Below, in pieces: positions 13,501 through 27,430 of a DNA stretch of 64,000 nt; the stretch's first letter is position 1; each line of letters starts with the position of its first letter. Both the position numbers and the translations under genes were made by a program. Below the pieces are notes generated by a model. It did no database searches. It saw nothing but the letters and a program-made list of their open reading frames with translations, and was not told where the DNA came from. Origin of the DNA: Epiperipatus broadwayi (lineage: Eukaryota > Animalia > Onychophora). The DNA lies in NCBI GenBank assembly GCA_028023455.1, contig JAQFVV010000008.1, forward strand, positions 11,346,001 to 11,410,000. Direction: 5' to 3'.

Positions 13501-14656
13501 TTTTTATGTCTTCTACATGTGTAAATCATAAGAATAATTGTCTTTTTTACGTATGCTAATTTCAAATTTATTACTAACAAACATATGTAAATTTGATTAT
13601 TCAAATAAAGCTATAGTAAAAGTTTTTTTGGTAATCCATTGCAGAACAAATGTCTCTTCATTACACTTTCCACCAAATAAAAAATAGTGAAGGAGAGGTG
13701 TTTACATATCAGAAATGCCAACTTTGTGATATTGCAAAATTCTTGTTTTACCTGAAGCTACATTAAAATCAGCTATTTAAAATAATAATAAATTTAAGTT
13801 TGATTAGAAACTGAAATAAAATTCCAAGTGTCAATTGACTTGGGTTTGAAATGAAGGTCATAGACATGGCAGGTAGATGTGTTAATCATTATACAATAAC
13901 ATTCTTCTACTATACATAGAAAACTATAATAATAAAATTGTTTGGTATCAAAAAAAACTAAATATTTATTCCCAGAAATAAAAAAGCTATTAATGCATTA
14001 GATAATCAAAAATTTTAGTTACATATTTTGAGTATTTCAGAACTAAATTTCAGAAACTCTCTTACTGGTTTTATAATTTCAAAATTATACATGTTAAAAT
14101 AAATAATTTATTTAAAAATCAGTCAAGATTATTCAGTAATATCAAAATCCCAACTATAAGATAATTTGTAATTTATTTATATATATATATTAAAATAAAT
14201 AAATTAGGACTGAGATTAGGCTTTCATGAATATTAATTAGTTGTCTTATAGTTGTGATTGCTGTGAAAAATTTTATATGCCAGATATGCAGTTGCAAAAT
14301 AATTCAGATAGCATTTCTTTTATTATTTTTTTTAGCAAATAGGCTTTTATGAGTTTGGTTAGTAAAAAAAAAAAATAGGGTTTTAGTTTTAAAAAATGCT
14401 AAAATCAAGGAGGTTCAATGAAAAAAGTTTTATCAAATATTCCCAGAAAATCAGCATATAATTTTGGAAATAAAAATGTTTCAAAAAAATTAATCCCATT
14501 CAGCCCTGGATTGTGGTTGGCCAGATCTATATATATTTATATACTTATGTGTATATATAAAAACACATCTACATTCTCTTCTCATATATAAAATGATTTC
14601 TCTATAATTTGTTGAACCTGATTTATATAATCAAAATAAAAAAGAATACTACTTAC

Positions 14657-14715
14657 GCTCAACTGCTTCAAATGCATCACTACGATTCACAAAAGTTACA
14701 AAACTGTAATTATCC
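14657..14715 (-). CDS. srl/PPARGC1: PGC-1-family RRM exon (RNP1)
   Basis: tattttcag|G GAT AAT TAC AGT ... GAG C|GTAAGT, 59 nt, encoding (G)DNYSFVTFVNRSDAFEAVE. The first base completes the GG| codon of the previous exon. Matches the family GDNYGFVT....DAF.A.E motif. Confidence 0.92.
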
Positions 14716-15329
14716 CTGAAAATAATAAAAATATGCATGGTTAAGAAAATTATTTACAAGCAAAACAAAATTATAAATTGAAAAACAATAAAATAAAAAA
14801 CATTTAAATAAACTATATACAATTTCCAAAAACTCAAAGCTTGTTAATTTCAATTAGCTTCTAAAAAGTATTATTTATTAAATCTATTTTATCTAAATTA
14901 CATATTTTACATGGTTTGCATAGCATGAATATAAGCACATTTAGAAGTCTGACAATCTCGTTTCCTACCACACAATTATGAATATTTTTTCAATGTCATT
15001 TGTGTTGACCAAATTCATTTTTAGTCCCAATTATTATAATCTTTGAAGTGTTAAATGTAAAGTCAAGCCCTTTTATATCAAATGAAAGCATCTCAAGCCA
15101 TTTTCCTGAGCTTATTAATTTCACTGTCCATTTCATATAATATATATTTTATCATTCAACTATTATCTCTTTTCTTTAAATAAACATTACCTCAATCTGT
15201 TTCACTGCAAATATTTCAATAATTCCATGAGTATTAAAATTGTATTTCATTTAACTTATATATAAAATTAATACATTAATAAGATTATTTACAAATGCAA
15301 TAATATTATAAACTAAAAAAATGTAAATC

Positions 15330-16560
15330 TCAAACACTAAGCTCCCATTAAACAGGAAGTTTTGCAACAAATTAATTACAATCAGCAAAGGAAAGATTTC
15401 ATAAGCGAGATTTTGAAGTGGATTAACAACAAAATAATAGCTTGTGCCAAGGGCAAATTTTATAAAATGACAAGTGGATAGTCCATGGGACTTCCACTCA
15501 GCAGAATTATCAGCAGTCTGGTACTCTCAAAATTTGAAAGCCTCATCCTATCTAAATCAATAAATGACATCATATATTAAATACATAGACGATATATTCA
15601 TATGTGCTGCAAAGAACAAAATTATTAATATTCGCACAGAACTAAACAGAACATTGCTTCTTGAATGGATCACTGAAGATGAGGACATAAACCAAAGTAT
15701 ACATTTTTTGGACTTACATATTCAAAGAAAGAGCAATGTGCTTGACTTTAAGATGAATGTAAAACCAATTCAAGTTAAAACAATTATCCATCCTCAATCT
15801 AACGTTCCATTCGAGCACAAAATAGTAGGTCTTAAGGTACGCAGAAACAGAAAATTATGTAATTATGAGGCCAAACAGAAAAGCTGACATTGAATTATAT
15901 TAAATATTTAACGGACATTGGATATAATCATAAAACTGTAAAAAAAATTTACAAAGTTCCCAAAAACAACTCCCCCCCCCCCTACACCATAGATCAACCT
16001 TTCTTATATCCACATTCCAACAAAACTACGAAAAATCTGCATGGACAGATTCAGAGTAGGATTTAGATTATCTCTTTCTTTCAACAATCTTCTAAATAAC
16101 ACCAAAGATAAAAATCCTTTCAAGCATGCTACCCAGATCATATATAAGATCTCATGCCCTGCCCCTGCCTACTATGGAAAATCTCACGCTAGTAGGTCAA
16201 CGAGAATTGCTTAGCATACCTATTTATATAAAAAAGCAAAATTAAGTCACGAACACAAGTTGGCTACAAGACACATTTTTTCTCCCTCAAATGTTAAAAC
16301 AGTTTGCACAGAGAGGGATGATAGAAAAAGAAAATTTTAAGAAGCATGGGCAATTGCAAAGAACCTGCATGCAGGACTCTTGCATCCCACTACCAAAGAA
16401 ATTGAACAAATAACTGGGACAAATTTACATATTTCTCAACCACTACATATTCAGACTCTCAACTGCAAGATTTTATTCTGCACTATGATTCTAGCGAAAA
16501 TTTGTCGAAAGCTGGCTTAGTGCTATTAAATACAAATTTTGTTTTCTTATACCCTTTTTC
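15330..16560 (+). mobile_element. Penelope-like fragment of a different subfamily
   Basis: MGLPLSRII, YIKYIDDIF, SIHFLDLHI...IIHPQSNVPFEHK and IIYKISCP...YYG (GIY-YIG). Confidence 0.85.
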
Positions 16561-19348
16561 ATATTAACTTGCATATCTCAAGTTTTCGAGTATTACAAAA
16601 CTAAAAGATTGTAAAATATAAAAAATAACATTTAAACAAATTGTACTCGTAACTTGCTAAAAATGCTAAACTAACTTGGCCTCTGAAAAGAAATTTATTC
16701 AAATGTAAGTCAAAATCACTAGGGGAATTCTTAAAAAAGTAATAGTATCAACAAATTTAAAGTTCTTTTAAATATGTTTTTGGAAATGCTTTATTCCAAA
16801 ATATTTTAACTGATTGATAATACAGTATATCATAATAAATCATATTACATGCAATGCAGAAAAATATTTTATTAATTTCAAATGATTCATAATAAGATTG
16901 GAGCATATTTATACATGAATAATGTTTGTATTTTATTTTTAAATGAAAAATTGTTTTAAGATTCAGATCCCGATATATATATAATAATCAATGTAGCACA
17001 AAATAATACTTATATCACAGTAAAATGAAATAATAATAATTACACTGAATTTTATAAAAAATGACACAAACTAGTGCTTAATTCCTAAATAGTAATGTTT
17101 TATTAATCTAAAAATAATTTGCATGGTTATTAATAATTCTTTTTAAGAATGACTTTCAAATTTTTTATTTTCGTCATTGCATACTGAATCTTTAAATGCA
17201 AAAATGTATTTTTATATTTTGTATCGATATTTTTTTGGGAAAACAAGCTGTTAATCACCAGCGTGAGAATTTAAATAACTATTGTAAGACAAATTTGAGT
17301 TTACAAACCTAACAGTATTGGCTAATTTTATTTTGAAAATTTTGTGCCATTTTATTACAATTATATTGTAATGGCACATCATAATTTATAATTTACAAAT
17401 GGTATAAAATGACAACAAAAAAAAGAATAATGTAAATAGCTAATAGATAGTAATAATAGATATCAATACTATAACTGAATAAAAATATGGTTCACACTGC
17501 ATCCTAAGTCACAGCCTAATTATCAGTTACCATTTACAACAGAATAAAATATGAACCAAGAAAGAACAATCCTAATTTAATAAGGCCTATGAATTATAGT
17601 GTCATTTATAACAGAATGAAATTAATAATCTAAGCTAAAGTGAATATTGATCAATGAATAACAATCTAACATTTAATTCAAATAGCATTTAGAACAAATA
17701 AATAACAAGCAAAATCATTATTTCAAACTACCCTAAAATATTAATGTTATTTGCAATAGATTAAAGATAAAACAAAAAAACCAAATATCATCTTACAAAT
17801 AATAATCTATGTCTATTATATAATCTGCTTATAATATAATAAAAATGATGACAAAGAATTAGACTGACAAATCTTAATACTCCTTATGAATCAAAACACT
17901 TTGTAATAACACAAACTTATTCATATTTATATTTATTCATATTTATATTTAGATGAAATAATTCATGGATGGATGAGATAATAATTTTAATATACCTTTC
18001 AAATTTGAAATATCAATGATATCTAAGTAAATATATTGTAAAATGTGGTCTCACATCTAATCAAAACTATTAAAAGCTTACCTAATACCTAATTCAAACC
18101 CGATACCCACATTAACTACATTCTCTACATATAATATAAAGCAAGCTATATATATGAAAATGCAAATCAAATGAAACTTATTATTGAAAGATAAAATTGA
18201 TCACAAGCACTGCAGCTGAAAAACAATTAATTGCTTCTATAATTAAATGTTTAATTATTTTTTTTATATAAACATTTAACAAACGTATGATGAATAAGTA
18301 ATCTAAACTATAAAATTTAGACATTAATACTTACCTTTATTGTAAAAACTTATCAATTGTTGTGTAATTTGCACACATTACAACAATACAAGAAAGGATG
18401 ATCAAATTTAGACGCAAGCAAAAAAAAACTTAAAGGAAAGAAATAATATTTTTTTTATTATTACTCCACCATATATATATATATAAGTGAATCATAAGCA
18501 TTGACATAAATAATTAATTCAATGCATGGATACAAATCTGCTGTTTGAAAACATCAAATTCACATCAAAAAGAACAACCTCGTTTTGGTAATCATCAAAA
18601 TATATAAACAAACGACCTCAAAAATCAGATAAAACACTCTTATCAGCTAGCCAATATGTACATTTTGTGATTGGAAAATTGAACTTGCAGTTCAGACAGA
18701 AAAGTCTGCCGCCATCAAAATAAAAACATTAACAAGAATATCTCATTGGATACAAATTAAAGCTAGATTAAAGGCGTATGAATTTAAATTCAGACAACTA
18801 AGGGATTTTGAATTATAAATCCCAAAAATAGTTTTAAACTAATCAATATTTTAAGAGTATTTTCATCTTGAGTCGGAAAGTGGATCAACTCTAACTTGAG
18901 ATTCCCAACAGCAAATATCTTGCTTTTCAACAAATTTAATAACTTTTATCAACTATATATATAGAAACACAATCATGTGTTGCTAAAAGAGGAAGTTACA
19001 TCATGGGAAGAAAGCCGCCAACCATGGAAGTGTAACAGCCAAAACCAAGTTTGATTCGACCCAGCATCTATTCATCTATGCTGCGAATAACAACTTTATT
19101 ATTTGAATGTGAAGCTGCAAACTCAAAGATCTCATAGCAGGCCATACAAAGAGAGAAATTATGATCACCACCATGTATGTTCTAGAACACTTGAACTCCA
19201 TCAACAGAAACATGAAATGGATTGAGGACATTTATAATCCTTTTAGGACATTTTTCTTATGGACTCTTAATTGATCTTAGATTGATGTCATATATTTATT
19301 ATATATATATTTTGTTTATTTCTTTCCTTTATCATAGATTGAAGGGGG

Positions 19349-19520
19349 TGTAAACTCTTAATATGTTAGAAAAGGAAAAAGCATTATTAGCTTCATTTTT
19401 AAATTGAAATAAGATATAGGTTCAGGTGTGAACTTACTTGCGGATGAATTTAATCATCACCAAGGGAGAGGTAAGAATTTATTTTATTATACATTAAATA
19501 CCAACACTTGCACAGTTACA
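19349..19520 (+). mobile_element. Possible short LTR preceded by a polypurine tract
   Basis: gaaggggg followed by TGTAAAC at 19349, ending ...attaaata...agttACA near 19520. No partner LTR seen. Confidence 0.3.
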
Positions 19521-21839
19521 CTGTTATTTGTTATTTATTTATTATTACTAATCACTTTATCATTCACTTGTTTTTCAATATAGATGATTAATAATCTCAT
19601 GTGGTCTTTCCTATTTTTGTAAAAACAAACTACAATAGAAGGGAGATCTCATACCATCACCATGTTATTGATATGAACTAATCAATAAACTTATTCAGAT
19701 AATGAATTACAATTTTGATAAAGTTTAAATTATCAAATAAGTGTAAACATAATATGATAACAAGTTTTAATATTTTTTTTGTTAGTACTGATATTGAATG
19801 ATTATTCTTTGAAGGGAAATGGGGATTGGATTAATAAATATTAACTGTAATAATCAAAGAATATTCATCGATATCTAAATAAATTATTTACTTTTGTTAT
19901 AACCTTGCTGCCTAAATTATGTTAATTGTAGATAAATTTGTTAAATATAAGATTTTTAATTAAAGACTGCCATAAATGTTTTTCTATATTCAGTTCTCAA
20001 TTTATAATATGCTCTCACATTATAGATAGTGATATTGATATTCCCTGAAGTAGAATATTCTCCCTATGTTTGAATTCAGGGACTAATGGAAGTTAAAGAT
20101 GAAAAAAAGAATATATTAATACATCATCTAGGAATGAGATCGGAATGGACATGGGTCTATATATTTAAAAATCCTAGATAAGCTTTCTCACCCACTCTGA
20201 CAGCCTATTATAATAGTCTATTGTCATGTAAGGTCAGGACCTGTTCTGTTACAGTATGTAACTCACTAATTGATTTCTAAATTATAACTAAATAAAATAA
20301 AAATAATGTTAATTCAGTCATGCCATTCCACTAATATCAATATACTCTTATTAATTAAGTCAATCATAATAAGATTAAATATTTAATAATGATACAAAAT
20401 CAACTAATCTAACATCTCTCTCCACTTTCAGTAATTTATAGTACTATAAAATCAAATCATCTTATTAGATAACATTAAAATTTATAATATCTAATGCTTA
20501 TTCTAACACAATTGACAAATCATATTAATTACTCCTCAGTTTAATAAAGCTAAATTATTAAATCTTTTAGACTATAATTGTCAAAGCTTATTACTGTTTA
20601 TTATAACCCAATACTAATATTAAAATTTAATATTTAAACTGAATCGTTCACATTAATGAACTTTAAATATAATTAATGCAAATCAATCTAATTTGTAACA
20701 GAATAAAGTATATTACTATTACCAGCTCTATAACTGAATAAGATTATGATCTTTATGGTTGTATTCTGACTTAATATAATATTCATTTTTAATCAATAAT
20801 GATTTAAAATAAAATACGTGAACATTTAATTGCAATTACCTTTACTCATCTTCAATGATTATCCTACTTGTACTTTTATCAATAACCAAGTCAATTCATG
20901 TATAATTTCTATCTTAATATAACTGTTACTTGTTACTAACAAAATAATTACAATAAACTTCTAATTACTTATTAAATATTTTTAAAATGTCAAATCAATT
21001 AATTTATTAAAAATTAAAATCTATACCTGGTCAGATAATGAACATTAAATTTAATATAAACAAAATGATCTGTAATTATACTATCTTACCCATCCTATAA
21101 TTGGATTTTCAAACTATTTTGTAACTGCTTCTAAGGAATCGTGTATTATAGTCCAATCGTGAATTATTATCCAAATACCATTAACCAATAAATTGGCATT
21201 GTAAAATTAAATGATAAACAAGCAAGTTTACTTGTTTTTAATTAATTCAAAATTTAACAAATAAATATAAATTATCAAAAAAAAATATATGGCAATTAGA
21301 CATTTAAAATATACACCTATGATTCGATTATGCTTTATGAAATAGGTTTTCAATTGACATTAATTCTTTTAAATTAAATAGATGATTGTATATCGAACTT
21401 CACCTATAAAATGCTAAGACTGTACAAAGTATACTTATGTAACACAGACAGTTTGTAACACATATGCATTTTTCAAATTATGAGACAAATATATTCTTAA
21501 TATTCATATATATATATATAATAGTTAATGGAAATAAAAATATCCTTAAGGTGAATCTACTTTTTCATTCATATTGTTTTAAGAGAACAAAATAAAAATA
21601 AATACTTGAGATTAATTTATGATCAAATAAGAAATATTTTTTAAAATTAAAATCATAATCACTCATCTATAAAATAAAAATTTGAATTTAGAAAAACATA
21701 ATCTCTTATACTTCAAGCATGTAAAAGAACTTTCTACTTAATTTAAATTATATTACTGTTTATATTAATATATACTAGTTATATAAAAAATAATAATAAT
21801 AATATATATGGCAAACAACCTAAATAATTGTCTTCAAAT

Positions 21840-23480
21840 ATGATATTCCCAAAATATTATCAGTTCTTGAACCATGATCCGATAATATCTCATTATTCCA
21901 GAGAAGGTATAAATATCACGAAAAGCTATCATTCAGAGCATACTTTGTTCATTCTATATATTTAAATTATCTTTTCATTTAGCAGATATTTGATCTATAT
22001 AACATTATAAGTGTGCAAACACTAATTTATATTCACAGTGATGCAATGTAGATATCCATTCATTTAGCAAGTAATTAATTCATAAAACATTACAAGTGAA
22101 CAGATACCAAGTTTCATCCATGACAATGCTATGGAAATAGAACTCGTTTATTGCATATAAATATTTCGTAGAATTACATTTCCAGGTGAACATAATCTTT
22201 GTATACATTTTATGTTGTTAGCATTCAGACTTCAACATTGAAAAATACATAATACCCTTTTTTTAAAAGCAAATAAATATTCAGATGGTTTTTTAATACT
22301 ATGCATTAATTTTCATTCTTTCCTTAAATTATCATCTACAAATTCCCAACAATTCTGTCCGATTAATTGATGAATACTATTGCTTTCACTCCATCGTTAT
22401 ATCACTTTAATAATCATATACTTTTAAAAATAAATATAAAAAAAATCACATGAAATAAGATACAAGAGATAAGTTTAGACTGTTCCATCCTAATTTATAA
22501 TTTTTTTTTAATTGATGTCAGAGAAATTATAGCAATGTTCCGTATAACTCTTTGGTCAATTCCAGCCAACGTTACACAAATCTCATTACAACCATAATAA
22601 TAAATAAAAAAAATATTTCATATTACATATAACAAACATTTACATTTTCAAAATAGAAATAAGATTCTTTCACTTCAACATAAATTAAATAACATAACAC
22701 TTCATTTTTCCATACTACAATGGAATCATGCTTTTATACATATTTTCCAACACAATATTATACAAATAAAGTAACAAATATACTCGAGACATTAAATATT
22801 TAAGTGTATTATTTGTAACTTACTATTACAAATGCAGTAATAAAAATACATATAATAAAGAATAATAATTTCATCACTACTATAAACTTTATTATTTTCA
22901 CATTCATTTTTAAAATGAATAAAGTCAATTCACAATTTTTTTACAAACTACAAACAAACATTAACATTTCTTCTCCAATATTAGGGTTGTCATAGCAACA
23001 TAATCCAATACTCCCCAGGTTAATATATTCCCTATTAATATCAAACAAAAAAAAAATACCTTTTTTTTACAATTGACATCACACCACATTCGGTAGATAC
23101 ATCTCTCTCTACTTTTTTTAAAAAAAATTAAATAATAACTTTACTATTACTTTTAATGTACACACAAACCATTTTCACCAAAAAATATACAAATGTCTAT
23201 TTATTCTTCTCATTTTTTAGGTAGGTTTAACAATTTAATCATCATGAATCCTGGATACCTCATCAGTATATTCCCATTAAAATGAGGCAAAACTTAATTA
23301 CTCTTTTATTTCCTTCTTCTTTACATATTTCTATTACTTTATTGTATATCTCTATAAATAATACCCGAAAGACACCTTTACTAACAAAGAATTTGCTCAC
23401 CTAATGTTTCATTAACAGTGTACCATAAAATATAATTATATATCTGTATTCTTTTTAACCTTCATAAAATTTGTCAATTA
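21840..23480 (-). mobile_element. Older, highly decayed Gypsy-like pol remnant
   Basis: EILSDHGS (integrase DNG-like motif, ~21865-21895) and a frameshifted LTxGYW-like RT motif near 23000. Interrupted at its right edge by retrozyme B. Confidence 0.45.
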
Positions 23481-23482
23481 TA

Positions 23483-24091
23483 AATAGTCAATAAAAAATT
23501 AGTCATATATTACATGACCTAATCTTTTTAAGCTTGTAAATAAAAAACAATGAGTCCTATGCTAATTGCTCTAACAAGCTTTATTGATTAATGCCAGCAA
23601 GAGAAAGCATTTTAAAATCTCTATCTAGAAACCACACCCAAACCTCAGACCAATGGTTTCATGCTTTGGCATTCCTCAGTGAGATGCTAGGGTAGTTTCA
23701 GACATGATCTAAAAATACCAACCCAAAGCCAGTATTTATTGAAAAGTTATCTATTGAGCGGAAAATCTGAAATTTTCAGACACTTACATGTCTTCAAACC
23801 CAGCTATCCAACTCAAATAGCTATATGGGGCTGAGAGATCAGCCAAACCATATATTAATAGCCATAGCAATATAACATTGCTTAAGACTTTAATGCAAAA
23901 AACTGAAAGTTATATATCACATGACCTAATCTTTTTAAGCTTGTAAATAAAACAATGAGCTCTGTTCTAATAGCTCTAACTAACTTTATTGATAAATACC
24001 AGCAAGAGAAGGCAGAGATTTTAAAATGCTTTTTCTTGTTGGCATTTATCAATAAAGCTTGTTAGAGCAATTAGCACAGAGCTCATTGTTT
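23483..24091. mobile_element. Hammerhead retrozyme-like insertion B (~407-nt unit)
   Basis: Minus arm 23483-~24010 (acatgacctaatctttttaagc recurs at 23512 and 23919, period 407) plus an inverted arm ~24014-24091. Exact 13-bp direct repeat tttgtcaattata at 23470-23482 and 24092-24104. Confidence 0.82.
23644..23683 (-). ncRNA. Type I hammerhead ribozyme (family B), fully canonical core
   Basis: CUCA-CUGAGGA-AUGC-CAAA-GCAU-GAAA-CCAUUGG-UC^UGAG. Stem I extends through AU/GU, an internal loop, ACCC/GGGU and GAAAC/GUUUC. Predicted cut between 23648 and 23647. Confidence 0.9.
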
Positions 24092-24929
24092 TTTGTCAAT
24101 TATAGTTGCTAAAGCTTTACTATAAATTTGAAAATAACACTTTATATCTTTATCTCTTCCAATACCTTCTTATCAAAAATATAACCTGAAACTTATTATA
24201 ATTGATCGATATGATGTACTATATTTTCATATATTGAAACCAACTAACTTGTTCTTATATCACCAAAACATTAATAATGTTTCTTTCATATAACATGTTT
24301 CCAACTGGTTTATCCAATTTAGTATTCCATTTAAGATTACCTCCACTAATGATCCTTTGAAAATAAATTTATCATCCAGAACTTTTATTCATAAAGCAAA
24401 TTATTCAGTAGTCCTACTGAAAATTATTTAAGATCAACTATTGCTAATACCTTATAGTTATAAATTTTCATCATTTATTATATTTGCATTGTTACACAAA
24501 TATTTATATATCTCCTTTAAGCGATTTCAAAATATTCCTATCTTTAGGATTACATAACACTTCAAAATAATACATAAGGAGCTATGAACATAAATATTTA
24601 CGAAATCATTTATTCTTACCATATCTCATGCTATTTATATTCTATAATACTATATTTTTATCATTAATTAGTTCTGGTATCAAGTATTTCCACAACACAC
24701 AAAAATAGTATCAATATACTACTATTTCATAAATAACTTTTGTTCAACATGTTATATTTTAATCATATCCAAATTACAAAGATCTCACACCTATTTCTTT
24801 TTAAATATATACAGTATATTATCAACAACTAATATTGGGTTCAAGTTCAAACACTAAAGCATCATTTATTATATATATATAAGGTAAATTATACTCTAAA
24901 ATTTTTCTTTTTTCTTTAATGTCATGTCC

Positions 24930-27350
24930 GTTCAGGTAGTGCTAGTGGCTTTAAACTCAAGGCGTTGAAGTACCTCTATCACTTCAGGAGTTTTTAAAAG
25001 AAATGCATTCTCCCCAACTTTTCTCTTTACTTGGAACGATCCTTCATATATGTTTAAAAACCTTTTAAAACTATATTTCTTCGGATCACTGGCTTCAGGA
25101 ATCTTTACAAACACAAAATCTCCTTTAAATATACAAGACTTACAAGAGGCTTGGTCGATTCTTTTCTATCTCATTTATCTCAAATTTAGCTTTTGATAGA
25201 TCACTATCAAAGCTTATCTTTTCTTCAGATATAGTTGGTAATGAAATCTTAATTAATATAGATTCCCTATATCCGAAGTACAGATACATTGGGGTAAATT
25301 TAGTTGACTTGTTTTGAGTTATTAATGTAAAGTGAATATTTTCTGGGTATATTCCAAACAATCTACCCAACTCATACATAAATCTTTCTTATGGGTTAGA
25401 CTGTGAACTCCCAATTGAACACAAAATATGCTTTATATTGTCGTTCAATCCAACTTTCCACTCCTTAGACAGGAACGATATAGCCTGATCTATAAAAATA
25501 GCCCCAGGCCTCCTTATCATTACAAATTGCAATTCCTATAAACACCTAATTACATTCCTAGGATTGATTTTGGTTACTGGATACACCCCCAATGAGTTTA
25601 GAAAAAACATTGTAAGTGACCAAAATAAGCTTAAACTTCTTAAACAGTGGTAAAGGTCTATAGAAATTTATGACTAAAAGATCATTGAGACAGCTAGCTA
25701 AAATTGGTCATAATGTCCAGCTTACGATTTGTTGGCATACTTTGATCTTAACCAGATCTCACAATATTTGAATCTGTTCACTATGGGCACATATATATTC
25801 CATCTTTCTAGGACTAGTGCTCATAAAGACAGTGCATGTAATAAATTAGTTGATTTCAATTGTACCACTATCCTTATGATTGTTCATGATCTATCCTAAT
25901 TTTATAATGCAACTAATTTTGAATTAACCTATACCTTAGTATTATTTTACTTTCAATCATTTTTTTAATAGTTAGATTCTATCTCCTAATTCAAATATTG
26001 AATAGTAGCATTCAATTTTGAATCTTGCAGTTGTAAAGCTGATAAATTTTTTTAATCATTTTCAACCGCATCAACTCTCAGAGAGATTACTGTAATGAAA
26101 ATATTATCTATACTTATATGACAATGGACTATTTTGACAGAATTCCTACTTAACGCATTTTCTACATATTATTTTTTCTTTTACAATACTCCTATGATGC
26201 GGTTTTATTCCATCAGATCCTACAATGTGCCCCCAAAAAGCTATCTCCTTAGCTATACTACTCTTTTTTAAATTTATCTTGATATCTTTTTCTTCACATT
26301 CTCTTTAAAAAATATATTTAGATGATGAAAATGTTCCATGTTCTCCGGAGCGATTATATCATCCACATATATGATTATAATGTCCTTGAATCAGATAATA
26401 CATTATCCAAACATCTAAGACCAGCTCCACTGTTCTCAAATCCAAAGGCATTCTTTCAAAAACAAACGAGTATCCTTCATATTTAAATGCAGTACACTTC
26501 TGATCATCATCATGCAAGTATACCAGCCAATAACTAAGTGTTAAGTCAACTGTAGAAAAGATATTTTTGTCTTTAAATCTAATTAATAATTCTTGCTCTG
26601 TAAGAGGGACAACACATTCTGAAATGTTAATTGATTCAAGAACTTTGCATATAAGAAAATGCATACGGACACAACCTTTTTACGGATGACCACCAATGGA
26701 TTATTATATACTGAGGGGCATTTTCTGATCATTTTTCCAGTTGACCATTTGATTGATTTGCCTCTATACCTCAGCTTTGTACTAGTAAGAAATAGGATAG
26801 CTTTTACATTGAAGACAACTATAGTCATTCAAGTATATTCTATGCACCTATCCCTTTATAACACTAGGTTTCTTAGAAAGTACAACCTTACATCTACAGA
26901 GTAACAGGAAAAACTTTTCCTTAAAAGTTGTCATTCAATTCAGTATATTTTTATTTGTAAATCTAACTCTGTAGAGTTACTTTAGATAGCTAATAAATTG
27001 AAATTTTGACTGGGTTGTCCACATTAAACTTACATCTTACCCTTTTAAAATCAGTTCTTGATTAACGTGATCAATAACATATCCAAATTGATTCATGAAA
27101 TCAGATCCTATTATAACCTCATGAATAAGTCTAGACACGATTAAAAATATTTACTGTTGTTGAACTAATCCTAACGCTTAACCATACCTGGTGGGCAAAC
27201 AATTTTGCCTTATGACCATTGGCCACAGTAATTTCAGTTTGCCTCAATGGTAGCACGAAGATTTCAAACTCTGCTTCAGTAAGTTTAATATACAATCTTT
27301 TTGATATAATCGAAATTTGGCTTCCTGAATCCAGTAATGTCTTTACTAAC
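24930..27350 (-). mobile_element. Decayed Ty3/Gypsy pol (PR-RT-RH-INT)
   Basis: LLDSGSQISII (protease, ~27310-27345); YNNPLVV and STVDL..YW...TAF...FERMP (RT); QSNP*ERF and STKFTP..L.FG (integrase); YEGSF (GPY/F motif). No LTRs identified. Confidence 0.85.
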
Positions 27351-27430
27351 GTATGCTAAATAATATTAATTATCTTTAGTTTAAAAATTCAAGGAGGTTA
27401 AATAATTAACAACTTTATTCAATTATAGAC

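Noticed and set aside
13640-13760. Minus-strand GKQEFC peptide resembling the PGC-1 GRKQFC motif as the missing terminal exon
   Set aside because: No preceding FG/DL context, wrong splice phase, and no YADLD-like motif after it.
18830-18880. Short match (agtattttcatcttgag) to retrozyme copy C
   Set aside because: The flanks do not align and there is no ribozyme motif nearby; likely chance in AT-rich DNA.
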